Assembly: GCF_036321535.1 (NCBI RefSeq)
Contig: NC_087437.1
Span: 39,496,001-39,560,000 of the forward strand
Source: Camelus dromedarius
Lineage: Eukaryota
Reading direction: 5' to 3'
Length of the DNA stretch: 64,000 bases
Of the stretch, positions 13,553 through 26,165 are shown in pieces (the stretch's first letter is position 1; each line of letters begins with the position of its first letter). Under the pieces are notes generated by a model. It had not been told where the DNA came from. It saw only the letters and a program-made list of their open reading frames with translations, and searched no databases. The translations under genes and the position numbers were made by a program.

Positions 13553-15639
13553 AAAACAAAGTAAAACAAAGACAAAAACACACTTTTTCACTCTTTTCAA
13601 AGCACTTACCCTCTTCATGCTTGCTTGGTTCTCTTATTAAGACTTCTGGGTGGACCGTGGCAAGGAGTAAAATAGATAGATACTCTTTGCAGGTCTTTTA
13701 AGACCACTTCACTTTTAAAAGAAAATGTCAAAGACAGGGTAGACCCCCAGTGAAAAGTTCAAAGTATAATTTGACGTTCATGTGGAGCAGGAACAGGGTT
13801 AAATGAACAGGATCTTGAGAGCCAAGTATACATAAGATAGTCTAAAGAATTTCCTCTAAGTCTCAATAGAAAACCTTCTATGGTTGCCCTGACTCCTAAG
13901 TGTGGGATTAATTCTTAGACTCAAGAGAGGAAATAAATATTAGAAAATAACTATTAAGTAAAATACTCCCCAGGCTCAAGGAAATCGGGGGTAGCCTATA
14001 TCTAAAATCAGGCAAGTAAAACAAATCATGGAAGAATTACTTTAGATTTTAAAAACCATGTTGGAATTAGCAAACATTTTCACAAGAAGATGTGATTTGC
14101 TTTTTACTACTTTTCTATGAGTATAAATGCCTCATTTTTTTTCTCTCTCATTAGGTTGCAAACTTTTGAGGGCAAGGACTATATGTTTTATTTCTTATTG
14201 ATGTCCCATAGCTTCAGACACTGTTGACTGACAGTCTGAAGTATATGACTCTCTAAGCTAAAGGAGTTTTCCCTCCTGGACGGATGAAATTTTCCTTTTT
14301 TTCTTAAAAAACTAACATCACAGACATAAACTGATATACAATCAAAATTATAAAGAATCTAGAATATGAAACATTTTATTTATTTTGTATTTATATTTTA
14401 CAATATTTATTTTATAAAATTCACAATCCTCAATGTTATGCAGTAAGCGCCTTTAGAATGCGTTGACAGAATCTCTAGAGATTTTAATCTAACCATTGCT
14501 AGTTTATATTAACTCCGGTTAAACATACAATTTTAAAAGTTCTTTTGTTTGTTTGTCAAACACATGACTAGTTATTTCCATTTAGGGCCTTTATCAGAAC
14601 CCCTGGACTCGGGGGAGATTCAGAGACAAGGAGATGCTAGATTGCGTTGAGCCTAACTGGTTTGTTGGAAGGTACCCTGTGGCACTTAAAATCTCCAGCA
14701 CAGAATCTGGGACTGACTACTCAGTTTTACATTATTATCTGTTGTTTGTGGGTGGATATTATTTCCTGAAATAGTTGGATAAGGTCCCTGAATATAGATC
14801 TGTGATCTCTAGCATTTAACACAACTCTGAATATGTGAAAGCAATCTCATTTAGTCTGAGATTTCACAAATCAGAATACAAACCAGCAGACTGTTAAAAC
14901 ACAACAATTTTTTACCTAATACTAATAAAATTGTGGTGTACATGTGTAACTAATGATATGCGAGAAGAGACATGCTGAAGACTTCTGGGTACAGAAAAAT
15001 AAGATTTTGCGTTGTGTTTTTAAATGAATCTATTAGTCACATATTTTAATTGCTAGTTGTGCATTCCCTTCCATGAAGAGAAATACTTTCAAAATATGTT
15101 CCTGACTCAATAAGAAAATGTTCAACTTTTACCTACTGATTTGTCATTAGGAACAGTGCAGTCATCATTTATGCGTCACAAGGTTGGTTAGCAAAATTAA
15201 CCTCAAAGAACAAAGTGTTTACGATGCTAAGGGAACAAACACAATTCTCTGAAAGACATTCTAACTAACGTCTCAATGATTCAGGTCACTTGTAGTTGGA
15301 AGATAAGTATTAAAGGAAGCCTTGAGTATCACAGGAAAACTCTGCTTTTTCACTCGAAATAGACTGCATCTCTTTTATCATGACTATAAAAGGATTAACT
15401 ATAGCAATAATTTAAATTTTATGGCAACAGGTATGTCAAGTTTTTCTAACATTATGGCTTTTTTCCTCCCAAAAAAGACTGATACCTAATCCAGTGCTTC
15501 ATATTTTCTAAAATCTGGGGTCAGCAGCTTTTTCATTAAAGCTTTTAATTAGGTAGCTTTGCAATTTGTAGTCCATGAACTTAACTGTGGTTGTGTCCAT
15601 TATTGAATCAAGGACATTGTGGCCTGCAGTAAGTGATTT

Positions 15640-15918
15640 CCATGTAATATGTTCTTTCCATTTCTCAAGATGCCGTCACAGGTAGCCAGACTCTTCCACC
15701 CATTTTTCATGAATAAAGATGGCATTTTCTACTGGCAGCCATTCTGTGACCAAGAGGAGAATCAGCCCGAGAAGCTAACTGACACGGTGGCATCAGAGGA
15801 AAGAGATGATTCTCCAACCTCTGAACTTCCTTCCACACAAGTAAAGTAATTTTGTTATTTTTTCAGCTTATTTCACTTGAGGTTTCAGTTACTTAGAGAC
15901 AAGAGTAAACTAAGACAA
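15640..15918 (+). mobile_element. MLT1 (ERVL-MaLR) LTR, 3' part
   Basis: 'gcagccattctgtgaccaagagg...ccaacctctgaacttc...gaggtttcagttacttagagacaagagtaaactaagaca'. Confidence 0.6.
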
Positions 15919-16096
15919 TATTCCAAGAAAAGGAGAGTAAAGAAGTTAGCACAGAGAAATTACTCAAATTACAGTTCTCACTGAAGTCTTCTATGTTTAT
16001 TGACTAGATTTGACCCAAGTGTTTCAAACATAGGAATCAAGATAAAAGCAATGATCACAGATCCAAGAGACAAACCATAAAAAATTACTCCAGATA

Positions 16097-16250
16097 TAGC
16101 TGTAGACAACAGTCCTAGGTTGCCTCGTGGTGGTCCTGGGCTTACCTGCTGTTGCTATTACTGCTGCTATTGTTAAAGCCATGGGTTCCCTCTATAATAG
16201 CTAAGGTTTCTTAAGCTTTGTTGTATGAATCAAGTAATTTGTTGTCTACT
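16097..16250 (+). mobile_element. MER94/MER81-like hAT-Blackjack MITE remnant
   Basis: Terminal inverted GTAGACAAC (16101) / GTTGTCTAC (16241). Internal 'cagtcctaggttgcctcgtggtggtcctggg' resembles MER94. Confidence 0.45.
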
Positions 16251-16614
16251 GAACTCAGAATCTGGTTTCTTTGCATCACCGAGAGTTGAAGCAAACTGTT
16301 ACTTAATTTTGTTTACTACATTTCTTCATGGCTACCTAAGAACAAAGAAAGAATCATTTCTCAGCCTTCATACAATGCTAACAACCACTCAGGTGATTGC
16401 CTAGCTCACCATTGAAGGTTTTCCTTGCATCATCATTTGACTCATCCAATTAATGGATAAACACCCTGTGCTTTGACAGTTTCTGAGCTAAGTATATGCT
16501 GTTTCTTTCAGAGATGGCCAATAGGCTGTTGATTATTAAAATGTACAGCATACATTTTTCTTTTTTGTCTCCAATTCTTTAGTGAAGTATTTCAATAACA
16601 TTTTTTTTTTAAAG

Positions 16615-16830
16615 CAGTAGATAGAGCAGTCTGGAATCAAGTTGCCTGAGTTTGAAACCTAGTTCTTGCTTTTAAGCTCTTGGGCAAGTAACAATCTCTT
16701 TGTGCATTAATTTTCTCAACTGTAAAATAAGGAATAAGTAGAATCTATCTCATAGGATTGCTGGGAGGATACCAGGAGTAAATATATGTAAAGCAATCAG
16801 AATGATACCTCACACACCCTAAATAATTAA
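16615..16830 (+). mobile_element. MIR SINE
   Basis: 'ttgggcaagtaacaatctctttgtgcattaattttctcaactgtaaaataagg...ctcataggattgctgggaggat'. Confidence 0.85.
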
Positions 16831-16831
16831 C

Positions 16832-17090
16832 TATTCATTCATCTGTTCATTCATTCATTTATTCAACAAATAATTCATTGAGATCCTAAGGTGGGTAAGG
16901 CACTGTCCTGGCACTTATGAGAATGCAAAAATGAAAAAGCACAGTCTTTCTCTGCCTTCAAGTTGTTAACTGTCTAGTATGGGAGATAGGGCACAAAGGA
17001 AAATAACAACAATGTCAGATAGTACTTAAAAAAATCACTGAAGTATATTATATATGAAAAGGAGGGAAGACAGAGGTGGGTCAATGCGAG
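16832..17090 (-). mobile_element. L2 3' end
   Basis: 'ttcattcattcatttattcaacaaataattcattgag...aggcactgtcctgg...tgccttcaagttg...tctagtatgggagatag'. Confidence 0.8.
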
Positions 17091-17414
17091 TATTGTTTTT
17101 TCCGTATATTTGTGTAATTTACATAGTGTTGTGATTTAGCATTTTTCAATTGCTATGTAGATTCTCTTGTCAAAGCTTGCTTGCTTCCTATTGCCTGGTT
17201 TTCTGTTTCTCCACAAAGCAAAGTGGCACAGGGTATTAGAGTTGCAAACAAGGATGCTAAAGAAAGTACCAAAATATAGAAAACATAGAAAACATATTGT
17301 GAACTGATTGAGTAGAACTGACCATACTCTCCTTTGTGACTCATTGTACCCTGTAAATACTAAATCTGAAAGATCAAAGATCATATTCTATTGCTTTTTG
17401 AATCCTTGGTATCT

Positions 17415-17832
17415 AATAAATGTTTCTGATTTCAGATGGCTGGTCAATTAGAATATCATTTTCCCCTGGTCACAGTGATTGGTCCAGAAAAAGGGAAAAG
17501 TCACCCAAATAAGATTCAGGAACTTTCTGCCAGAACAACATTTGAAAGACGCATTCTGTCTACTCATTTTGCCAAGCTGTTGGAATATGAGATGGAGTTG
17601 CCAACAACCATCTTGCTGCCACCTGGAGAAAATCTGAGAAGGAAGCAGAGCAGAGGCAAAAGAGCTAGAGTCCTCAAGAGAGAGGGAGAGCACTGACAGC
17701 GCTGAAATGCGAGCGTTGGCTGGGTTTGCCCCACGGCCTGGCCTTCCCAATCAAGGAGAAAATACCCACTCTCTTTGCTTAAAACCAGTTTGGAAAAGTC
17801 TGCTGTTGACTCACTTACAAGACCCAGAGTGT
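17415..17832 (+). mobile_element. MLT1K-like MaLR LTR
   Basis: 'cccctggtcacagtgattggtcca', 'ccatcttgctgccacc' and 'tttgcttaaaaccagtttgg'. Confidence 0.7.
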
Positions 17833-18284
17833 GTATGTACTATTATTATTCACAGGACTTTTTTTTTTTTTGTAAGTAAATCTTTCTAAAACATTGTCTT
17901 ATTCTTTGAATAGTTATGGATGTGAAACAGTCACCAACACTTCCATCACCCCATCCTCACCACGGTGCTCAACATTGTCATTTGGCTAGAGCGTCACAGT
18001 TCACAAAGAATTTTTTCTGTCACGTTGGATCCTGATCACATTCCAGTCTTCAAGTAGGGGAGCATTAATACTTTATGTGCAAGAAAATTAAGGCTTTGAT
18101 CAGGTAAGCAACTTGCTTAGGTTAATTCATTTAATAGATGTATACCTGTTTTCAAGAGCTTAAATTTCCATCAGAAAAATAAATGTACATTGACTTACTC
18201 TTGTGTATAAGATGAAGCAGCAGGCCCAGATTTAGTCCCTCAGGTTAAACAACTGGAAAACTGGGATGTCAGGGGCCATATACA

Positions 18285-18506
18285 CAGTTGACCCTTGAAC
18301 AAACCAAGGGTTAGTGGTTTCCACTCCCTGCCCAGTCGAAAATCCATGTATAACTTTACAGTCAGCCCTCTACGTCCACAGTTCCACATGCATCTGCAGA
18401 TTCAACCATTCATGGATTGTGCATTGCTATAGTACTTACTGGAAAAAAAAATCCATGTATTAGTGGACCCCCGTAGTTCAAACCCATGTTGTTTGAAAGT
18501 CAACTG
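18285..18506 (-). mobile_element. Tigger2-family (MER8/Tigger2a-like) TcMar MITE
   Basis: TIRs CAGTTGACCCTTGAACAA ... TTGTTTGAAAGTCAACTG. Minus strand reads 'CAACATGGGTTTGAACTACGGGGGTCCACTAATACATGGATTTTT'. Confidence 0.9.
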
Positions 18507-20143
18507 TTTATATATATGTGTGTGCGTGTGTATGTAGATACACACAGTTTCAGCAATTACAGGGCACAACCACAGTACTACGATCTCTGAGAGAAGGGAA
18601 ACAAACAAGATGAACTATACAATCATGTCAGCCTGATCCCTGGAGGCAGTTCCCAGGTTGAGAATCAGGGAAGAAAAATCCAAAAGTGCCTTATGGTCTC
18701 TCTGAGTTCAGAAAACAGATCAAAGAGTTCAGGGAGGCTAAGACAACTGGAATTTAGAAATAGAGTACCAGAAAGGAGGGATTTTCAGGTAAAGACTCCG
18801 CCCTACACAGAGAGAAAGCTCCAAAGATCTGCAGAGGAAATGTTCAGGTTTTGGCTGAGTGCTAATTGGTGCCAGCTGAGAGAAAATGATCTCAGTTCAG
18901 AGAAAGAGCCATCAGAAAGGAGCAGGTAGAACAACCCCTGATGCTCTCAGAAATCGGAGAATAGTCTGAGTTCCCACCAGCCAGAGCAGAAAGACATTAT
19001 ATTACAATAATGGGGTAGACGCCTCGTAGAGACATGCCTTGGCAGTGGACTGAATTAGCCCTAAACCGAAGGATCCTCTGCTTCCATTCTAGAAGAGTTA
19101 AAAACAAGTCTCAAAATGTTACAATTTATTTTGAGTAACATAACTGGACACGAACAACATCCAACACTAACGAAAGGAATACAATATGGTCCAACTACCA
19201 ATAAGAGAGAATTTACAGTATCCAGCATCCATTTAAAAAAAAGTTACCAAACATGCAAATTAGCAGGAAAATATCACTTCTAACTAGGAGAAAAATGATC
19301 AATAGAAATGGCCATAGAAATGACAAAGATAAAGGAATTACCAGAAAAACACATTGAATTAGTCATAAACATATGTTTATGTAGGTAGACAAAAACATGG
19401 GCATGATGGAAAGAAAAATAAAAGACATGAAAAAGAGCTTCTAAAGATGAAAAATAAAACTTAAAAATAATCTGGGTGAGATTGGCAGTATATTAGTCAC
19501 TGTAGAAAAAATATAGTAATAGACTACTGAAAAAAACTATTGAAGTGGTATAAACTATTAAAACATGTGCACTGAAACTACCCAAAATGCAACACAGAAA
19601 AAAAGGTGGAAAATTATGAACAAAACATCAGTGACCTATGAGGCAATATCAAACAGTCTAATATATGTGTAACTGGATTCCAAGAGAGGTGAGAGGAAGG
19701 AATAGGAAAAAATTCTGAAGAAATAATGCTGTTTTAAAAAATTGATCCAAATAATCTGTCCACCAATATAAGAAGTATAAAGAATCTCAAGGAAAATATA
19801 CATGAGTAAAAGTGTATGAAGGCATATCATAGTCATATTACTGAAAAACAATGATAAAGTCTTCAAAGTCACTGGAAAATATATACTAAGAAACAAACAT
19901 AAATATATTAGCAGACTTTATGTCGGAAACTGTACAAGCCAGGGACAATGAAGCAAAATATTCGAAGGAAGAAGGAAGGAAAGAAGGAAGGAAGGAAGGG
20001 AAATTGTCAACATTTTTACTGGCTAAAATATTTTTTTCAAACATAGAAACAGAGAATCCCTTACCCCAAAACAGAGTGGTTTGAATTGAACTAAAAAGCA
20101 AGACCTAACTCTATGCTGTCTACAAGTAACTCACTTTAAATAG

Positions 20144-20643
20144 TGTTTTAAATCAGGATTCACCAGAAAACAGAAGCAATATGGTATATACATACACATG
20201 TAGACAAACTTACATATTCATATATATAATAAATCTCTTTACATATATATGTATTTGTTGAATTGGCTCACGTGATTATGGAGGCTAGTAAGTCCCACAA
20301 TCTGCCATCTGCAAGCAGAAGACACAGGAGAAATGATGAGATACTTCTGGTTTGAACCTGAAGGCTTCCAGTTCAGGTTGGGAAGAAAACCAATGTCCCA
20401 GCTTAAAAACAACCAGGCAGAGACTCAATTCCCCCTTACTCCTCCTTTTTGGTTCTATTCAGGACCCCAGTTGTTTGGATGAGGCTCACCTATCTTGGGG
20501 AAGGTAATGGGCTTTACTCAATGTGCCAATTCAAATGTTAGTCTCATCCAGAAACATCCTTACAGACGCTCAGAGTAAAGTTTAACCAAATATCTGGGCA
20601 GCCTGTGGCTCAGTCATGTTGAGGCATAAAATTATCCATCACA
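20144..20643 (-). mobile_element. MLT2 (ERVL) solo LTR
   Basis: TG...CA termini, 'attggctcacgtgattatggaggct', 'gtcccacaatctgccatctgcaagc' and the end 'cataaaattatccatcaca'. Degenerate 5-bp TSD aatag/agtat. Confidence 0.9.
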
Positions 20644-20879
20644 AGTATGAGTACAGCAATAAGTAAAAAGTAAAAGGATGAAAAAAGGGAGACCATGAAA
20701 GCACAAAATTAAAAAATCTTCCAAAGTGACCAATTAGTATCAGAGAAAATAGACCTCAAAATAAGGAAGATTACTGGCAAAGGGATCAATTCAGAATTAA
20801 ATACAAAGGATAATACATTATGACCATGTAGGTTTCAACTGAAGATTGTAAGCTGCCTTCAGCTCTCACAGCGCATCAT

Positions 20880-21185
20880 CTTTCCTTCCACCCCTGAGAC
20901 TGATGGAAATTTCCTTTCTCTGGAATATTCTCTCCTCAATCAACGTGCGTCTCTGTCTCAACCTCCCCAGTTTACCTGCTTCTTACTCATCCTGCAGTTC
21001 TTACCTGAGACATCACTTCCTCTAGGCACCATTTGGTTTTCTTGTGTTTCTGTGGCACCCAGAACCTCTGTCAGGGCATTTAAGACAGTGAAGATTTTTG
21101 ATAACATTTAAACCTGTATCCCCCTCAAGACCTCTAGCTCCACAAGGGCAAAGAACTAGGGTCATTTCATTTCATTTCACTGTTT
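20880..21185 (+). mobile_element. L2 fragment
   Basis: 'tctctggaatattctctcc...ttcttactcatcctgcag...catcacttcctctagg...agctccacaagggcaaagaac'. Confidence 0.65.
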
Positions 21186-21279
21186 TTTTTTTGGTTTTGG
21201 TTTTTGTATAATAATGTATTTATTTATTATTTTAATTAAAAATATATAAATAAAAAGGAAACTTTAAATTTGAAAAATA

Positions 21280-22885
21280 CTGTAAAGTAGAAAAAATTAA
21301 TTCTACATATTATTGTTAATATTTTGTGTAATTTCTTTTAGTAACTCTTCTATTTTTAAAGATATGTACTTACATATGTATGTATAAAACTTCGGTTATG
21401 CTCTGCTTGTTCACTTCACTTTCTCATGGTTCTGCTGAATTCATTCACTGAACATAATTTATTTAACCATACTTCTTTTGCTGAATATTTTTATGGCAGC
21501 ATAAACAATGTAACAAAGAACAAAAATGACCATAAATCTTTTTTAACATATCAAGTTGTTTTCTTAGAGTACATTCCTAGAAGTGAGCTTGCTGGCTCCA
21601 ATGTGTGAATATTCTTAAGACTTGTTATATCGTATCCATATTGCTCTCTGAAAAGCTGATAGCTTACATTTCTAAAAATAATTTATGACTGCCCTCATTT
21701 CCCACCACCTTTGCCAATATTGAAAATGATCATTTTTTTTATCTTTGCTAATATTACATGTGAAAAATCATTTTTATTAATATTTTAGTATACATTTCTT
21801 CAATTTTTGTGATATAGTTTACTTGTATTGTTCATAACTTTTATGATGAGTTGCTGGGTTTTTTTCTTTTACCAATTTTCCTCTTATTAACATACCTTAT
21901 TAATTTATAAAATTCTTCATAAATAAAAGCAGTTGTTCTTTAATTTTACTTTTTTTAATCATTTTTACTAGTTTACCATTTATTTTATCATTTACCATAT
22001 TTTATTAATACAATATTCATTTTAATGTACTTGACTTTATTAACAGTTATATTTTTGATTATTTACTTTGTGTTTCTACCAAGAATCAGATTTATTTTCA
22101 TCTATATGTTATTGATTTTATGACTTTAAAACTATGTACTTTTTAACATTTTAATCCATCTGTGGTTTTTAAAAATATTATGAACTAAAAATAAAGCTTC
22201 ATATTTTCTAATTAATCAACAAATTATGCCATCTCTCCCATAGATTAAGCCATTCTTCCCCACTAAATAAAATGGATTCTTTATTATATTAGAAAACGCA
22301 TGTTTTTCCTCATTATCCAGGGCAATTTTTTTTATCCCTCATACTGATATATGCAAATCAATACATTTCTGTTTATTCAAATACGGCATGAATTTCCAAT
22401 TTTCATCATATGATGTTCTCTAAATAGAAACAATTTGGTTGAGTAAAGTGATGAGTATGACCTGGGTCACTTTCTCAGTTTTCTATCCCCTCCCGTCAGT
22501 TCATCCGTCCTTACACCAGTACCACGCCAGAGTCCTTATTATACCTTTAATAACGTGGTATCTGATTTTGAAAGCTCCTTTCATTATTTATTCTCTCATA
22601 ACATTTTTTGTTTATTTTCATTTATATACTCTTCCATAGGGGCTTTAAAATCCATTTTATTGGAAATGTCTTAAGTCTGTACATTTATTGGGGAAAACCT
22701 ACATCTTTATAATATTTGCATTCAAGAATATGACGTATATCCCTATATAATCAAAACTAATTATATGTCTCTCACTAAAATTTTGCACTCATATAGATAT
22801 TCTCAATATGTCACTGAATTTATTCTTAGATATAATTTTGTGTCTTTTTTAAAATGCACTTTCTTTTCCCATTTTATTATTCTAA
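21280..22885 (-). mobile_element. L1ME-like LINE, ORF2 3' region
   Basis: T-rich plus strand with 'attcctagaagtgagcttgctggctc', 'ccatattgctctctgaaaag' and 'tttaatccatctg'. Confidence 0.8.
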
Positions 22886-23029
22886 GTGGATTATTATTGG
22901 TAATTACCCGAGTGAAGCTATCTTTGAAACCTCAAAATAGGTCAAGACACTTGTCATATGAAGGGGTCAGTAACCCACTCTAATCAGAAAGAGACGACTA
23001 CCACAAAGTGACAGATAACAGAAAATAGT

Positions 23030-23172
23030 ACGATGAACTTGGGGGTGTTATTCAGTCTAAAGGGGATGGATGCTCATCAGCTTCAACAATTATTATTGAG
23101 GAGTCTGCCTGGGCTTCCGATTTCACAAGAGAAGATAGAAATCTGGTTTTATGTAAAATAAGCTCAGAGTTT
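23030..23172. mobile_element. MER102-like hAT-Charlie fragment
   Basis: 'cttccgatttcacaagagaagatagaaatctggttttatgtaaaa' resembles MER102. Confidence 0.5.
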
Positions 23173-23341
23173 CTACGGACACATGAAAAATGATAAGAGC
23201 ACATAAGGAATGTTAAACATAAGAAGGTAGTAAGATCTTAATAAAAACAAGCAGTTTCGTGTGTATATTAATTTATTTACTGAAAAAATATTTATTGAGT
23301 ACCTATTACATGTCATATTTTGTGGGGAAAAATGACAAATA

Positions 23342-23460
23342 TATAGCCAGTTAGAGCAAATATAACAGAATACCATACACTATATGGTTATATACTAGAT
23401 AAACATTTATTTCTCATAGTTCTGGAGTTTAAAAAGTCCAAAATCAAAACACCAGCAGCT
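23342..23460 (-). mobile_element. MaLR (MLT1/MST) LTR fragment
   Basis: 'ataacagaataccatacact...acatttatttctcatagttctggag...gtccaaaatcaaaacaccagcag'. Confidence 0.7.
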
Positions 23461-23461
23461 C

Positions 23462-23745
23462 TGGTGTCTACTGAACATCCCTGGCTGGCAATACTCCATG
23501 TGTCAGCAGTCCATGTGTTCTATCAAACACCAATGCCAGGAAAGTTAACACACGACTCCACAAGAAGAAGACAATGGAAGCCCCACATTTGGTACTTTCC
23601 CTGGACTCTGCTTTGTGCTCTTCCTCCCTTGGTTGGTTTTAAGTCTATATCCTTTCCCTGTAATAAACTTTAACCAATGGTATAATCACTTTTAGTGAAT
23701 TCTGAGACACTTTTTATAAATTATCAAATTGGAGGATGGTCTCTT
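23462..23745 (+). mobile_element. MER68/MER77-like ERVL LTR, 3' half
   Basis: 'catccctggctggcaatactccatgtg', 'gactccacaagaagaagacaatggaagc' and 'tatcctttccctgtaataaac'. Confidence 0.75.
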
Positions 23746-23850
23746 GTGAGGATTATTTTCCCTCTAAACTTTTGCAGCCGACTTAAACTCTCACACTCAT
23801 CATCCCGTCATTTGGGTTAAAGTCCTAAATATCCTGACCCTTAACCCCAT

Positions 23851-23874
23851 CACACACACACACACACACACACA
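23851..23874. repeat. (CA)12 microsatellite
   Basis: Read directly. Confidence 0.95.
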
Positions 23875-24089
23875 TGCACACCAAAAAGGTATCAAATAGA
23901 GTCTTTCAGTTTTCAGTGTTATTGAGAGAAAAGCAATCAAGAAAATATTGGATCTCTACTTGAAGCAATTTTTGTAAATGACATACAGAAAGCAATTCTC
24001 TAACGGTAGAAATTTTTTTCAGGCAGAAATATATAAAACAAGAATGGAAATGAGTTATATCAAAATGACAATCATGATTTTAAGAATAC

Positions 24090-24830
24090 CTAGAATTCTA
24101 CATGTCCTAAGTCCAGCTTACTGTGGTAAAATCACTTACAACTGAGATGACAGAACCACGTGGTAATCTTGGAAAATCACAGAAACATGCAAATATCTAG
24201 TTTCAAAAATGGGTAAGATAAAAGATTTTATAATTGGTGCATAGATATATATCTACAGAAAACTAAAAAGAGACCTGATTTAGCTTTGATTGATAGTGAA
24301 CAAATTTTCCTAACTGATTCTTGAGAAGGACCTTGGGCTGTAATTTAGGTTCACTGATGATAACTTCATTCAGGATACAAACATCTCTCTGTTTGAGCAC
24401 TTTCTGCTTAGTTATCAAAAATGAAATCTGGGGATGCTCTTAGAGAATTCTGATTCTATTCCAAATGACTCAGACAATACCTCTGCACAAATTTCAAAGT
24501 GATAAACTCAGTAATATTGAGAAGTTGATTAAAGAAGATGAAATAAAATAAGCAGACATTTTTAACATGGATGAAAAAAGTTTGGGGGACAAGACAGTAT
24601 CCTTCAAATATCTGAACAGTCATTATACAGAAGCACACAATATTACTTCTACCTACTTAGTGATGAAGGTGGGTGGAACCAATTCCAATAAGCAATGAGC
24701 TCAATGTAACTAGAACTTTCCAATAATCTTAGCTGCCCAAGGGTGGAATGAACAAATAGGCACCCTTTGGGGTAGAATGGGGAAGTATTTGTCTAAGCAT
24801 ATGACAGGGACTTTGTAGAGAGCACTTAAT
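24090..24830 (+). mobile_element. L3/CR1 LINE remnants
   Basis: 'gcaaatatctagtttcaaaaatggg' (ANV.PIFKKG-like region) and 3' 'ccttcaaatatctgaac...agaactttccaataatcttagctgcccaagggtggaatg'. Confidence 0.55.
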
Positions 24831-25014
24831 ATGGTCAAGTCGTTTTTAATTAAGTAAACTTTGAAGTAGATGATCTTTAAAGTGATTTTTTAAACTGAGT
24901 CACTTTTAATGACCATCAAAACTTCAGATTTCATATCCTCAGACTTGTTTTCCTAGCCTAGGACAATTTAGGAGCAGTAAATTGAGTGGGAATGGTTACC
25001 AGAAATGACCTAAC

Positions 25015-25230
25015 ATTTATCAAACTCCTATATGTGTTTTACATGTATTATCTAATTTATACTTTAGAAAAAAGTCTACTTTTAAGCCAGTTTTGTAAGA
25101 GGGGAGACAAGGTCAGGCACTGAAATAACCTACCCAAGGTCAAGCAGCTGGTAAGCAAAAGAGTACTCATTCTGACCAACCCAGATCTCTCCACTTCTAA
25201 TGGCCGGGCTGTTTCTCAAGCCACCGCTTT
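25015..25230 (-). mobile_element. MIR SINE
   Basis: 'ttttacatgtattatctaattta...aataacctacccaaggtcaagcagctggtaag'. Confidence 0.7.
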
Positions 25231-25729
25231 CTAGGGGCAGGAGATGAGAGCCAACAACAAGTCAATGTAGGAATGACAGAGATTTCTTGTAAATTAGATC
25301 CAATATCTTCCACAGCATAGCTGTCTGAGGCCGTTTAGTTTGGGTCTAAATAGCCTCTCCTATTTCAAAAACCTCTTGAATGTGATACTGAGTTATGAGA
25401 GCACAACAATTTAAATTTATTTTAGTATACAGGCTCTAAATCATCAAGAAAATACAAAGTTGCGTTCAGTATGCTATGTCTAAGAAGATCAATGTCATTG
25501 TCATTTTTAAGAAAAAATTTCCTGTGAAAGGTTCCATTGCTTCCGTAAAATTACACTGACTGAGCTTCACATAAAAATCACCCAGTCTGTTCTGTGATGG
25601 CGTTCAGACGTTTGCCTGAGTCAGCTGTAGATAACACAAATACGGGATAATGTTGCCAAGATCATTTGGTTTCACGTGCCAGAAATTCAAATGGAACGGG
25701 CTTTTACACAATTAAAGAAACTTACCAGA

Positions 25730-26165
25730 AGGCTACTTTCCTAGCCTCAGGAAGAACAGAGGTACAGCCTCAGAGATAAGTGAGCAGATTAACTGATCTT
25801 CCCCAGGAGCCCCTCTTTCAATCTTTAATTCCTCTGCTCACCTGGGCCTCTCCAAGTGTCATTTCTCCCACTGCAGACTGGCTTCCTCCATGTTGTGGAT
25901 AATGGCTGCCAGCAGTATATTAGCATTATCTCCCTAGCTCCCATCACTTCAATTCCAAGGACTATAACTTACTTTTATTTGAAAAATCATGGAGAAGGAC
26001 TTAATGACTTAGTTTAAGTCAGGTGTCTAACAATGAGACAATCAGAGAAGTCCATGAGAAAGAGTTCACAAGTGGTTCCTGAGGGATCAGCCTGTCTACT
26101 AAGGCCATTGGTCCTACAGGCAGGGAAGTGATAAGCCAGGGAGACACCACAATTAACCCATTACA
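25730..26165 (-). mobile_element. MLT1K/L-like MaLR LTR
   Basis: 'tgcagactggcttcctccatg...atggctgccagcag' and 'gacttagtttaagtcaggtgtcta...caatcag'. Confidence 0.55.

Larger units (their letters stand above)
18190..20830 (+). mobile_element. L1M (L1MC/L1MD-type) 5'UTR, ORF1 and ORF2 start, interrupted by Tigger2 and MLT2
   Basis: 5' end 'aagatgaagcagcaggcccagattt...aaacaactggaaaactgg'. ORF1-type A-rich sequence. The endonuclease segment 'ctatgctgtctacaagtaactcactttaaa' resumes after the MLT2 as 'aaagtaaaaggatgaaaaaa'. Confidence 0.85.

Noticed and set aside
14212..14241. Short hairpin CTTCAGAC…GTCTGAAG
   Set aside because: An 8-bp stem in an L2-tail context is compatible with chance and too short for a pre-miRNA.
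15453..15470. TATGGCTTTTTTCC resembling miR-135
   Set aside because: Only a partial match, with no complementary arm for a pre-miRNA hairpin.
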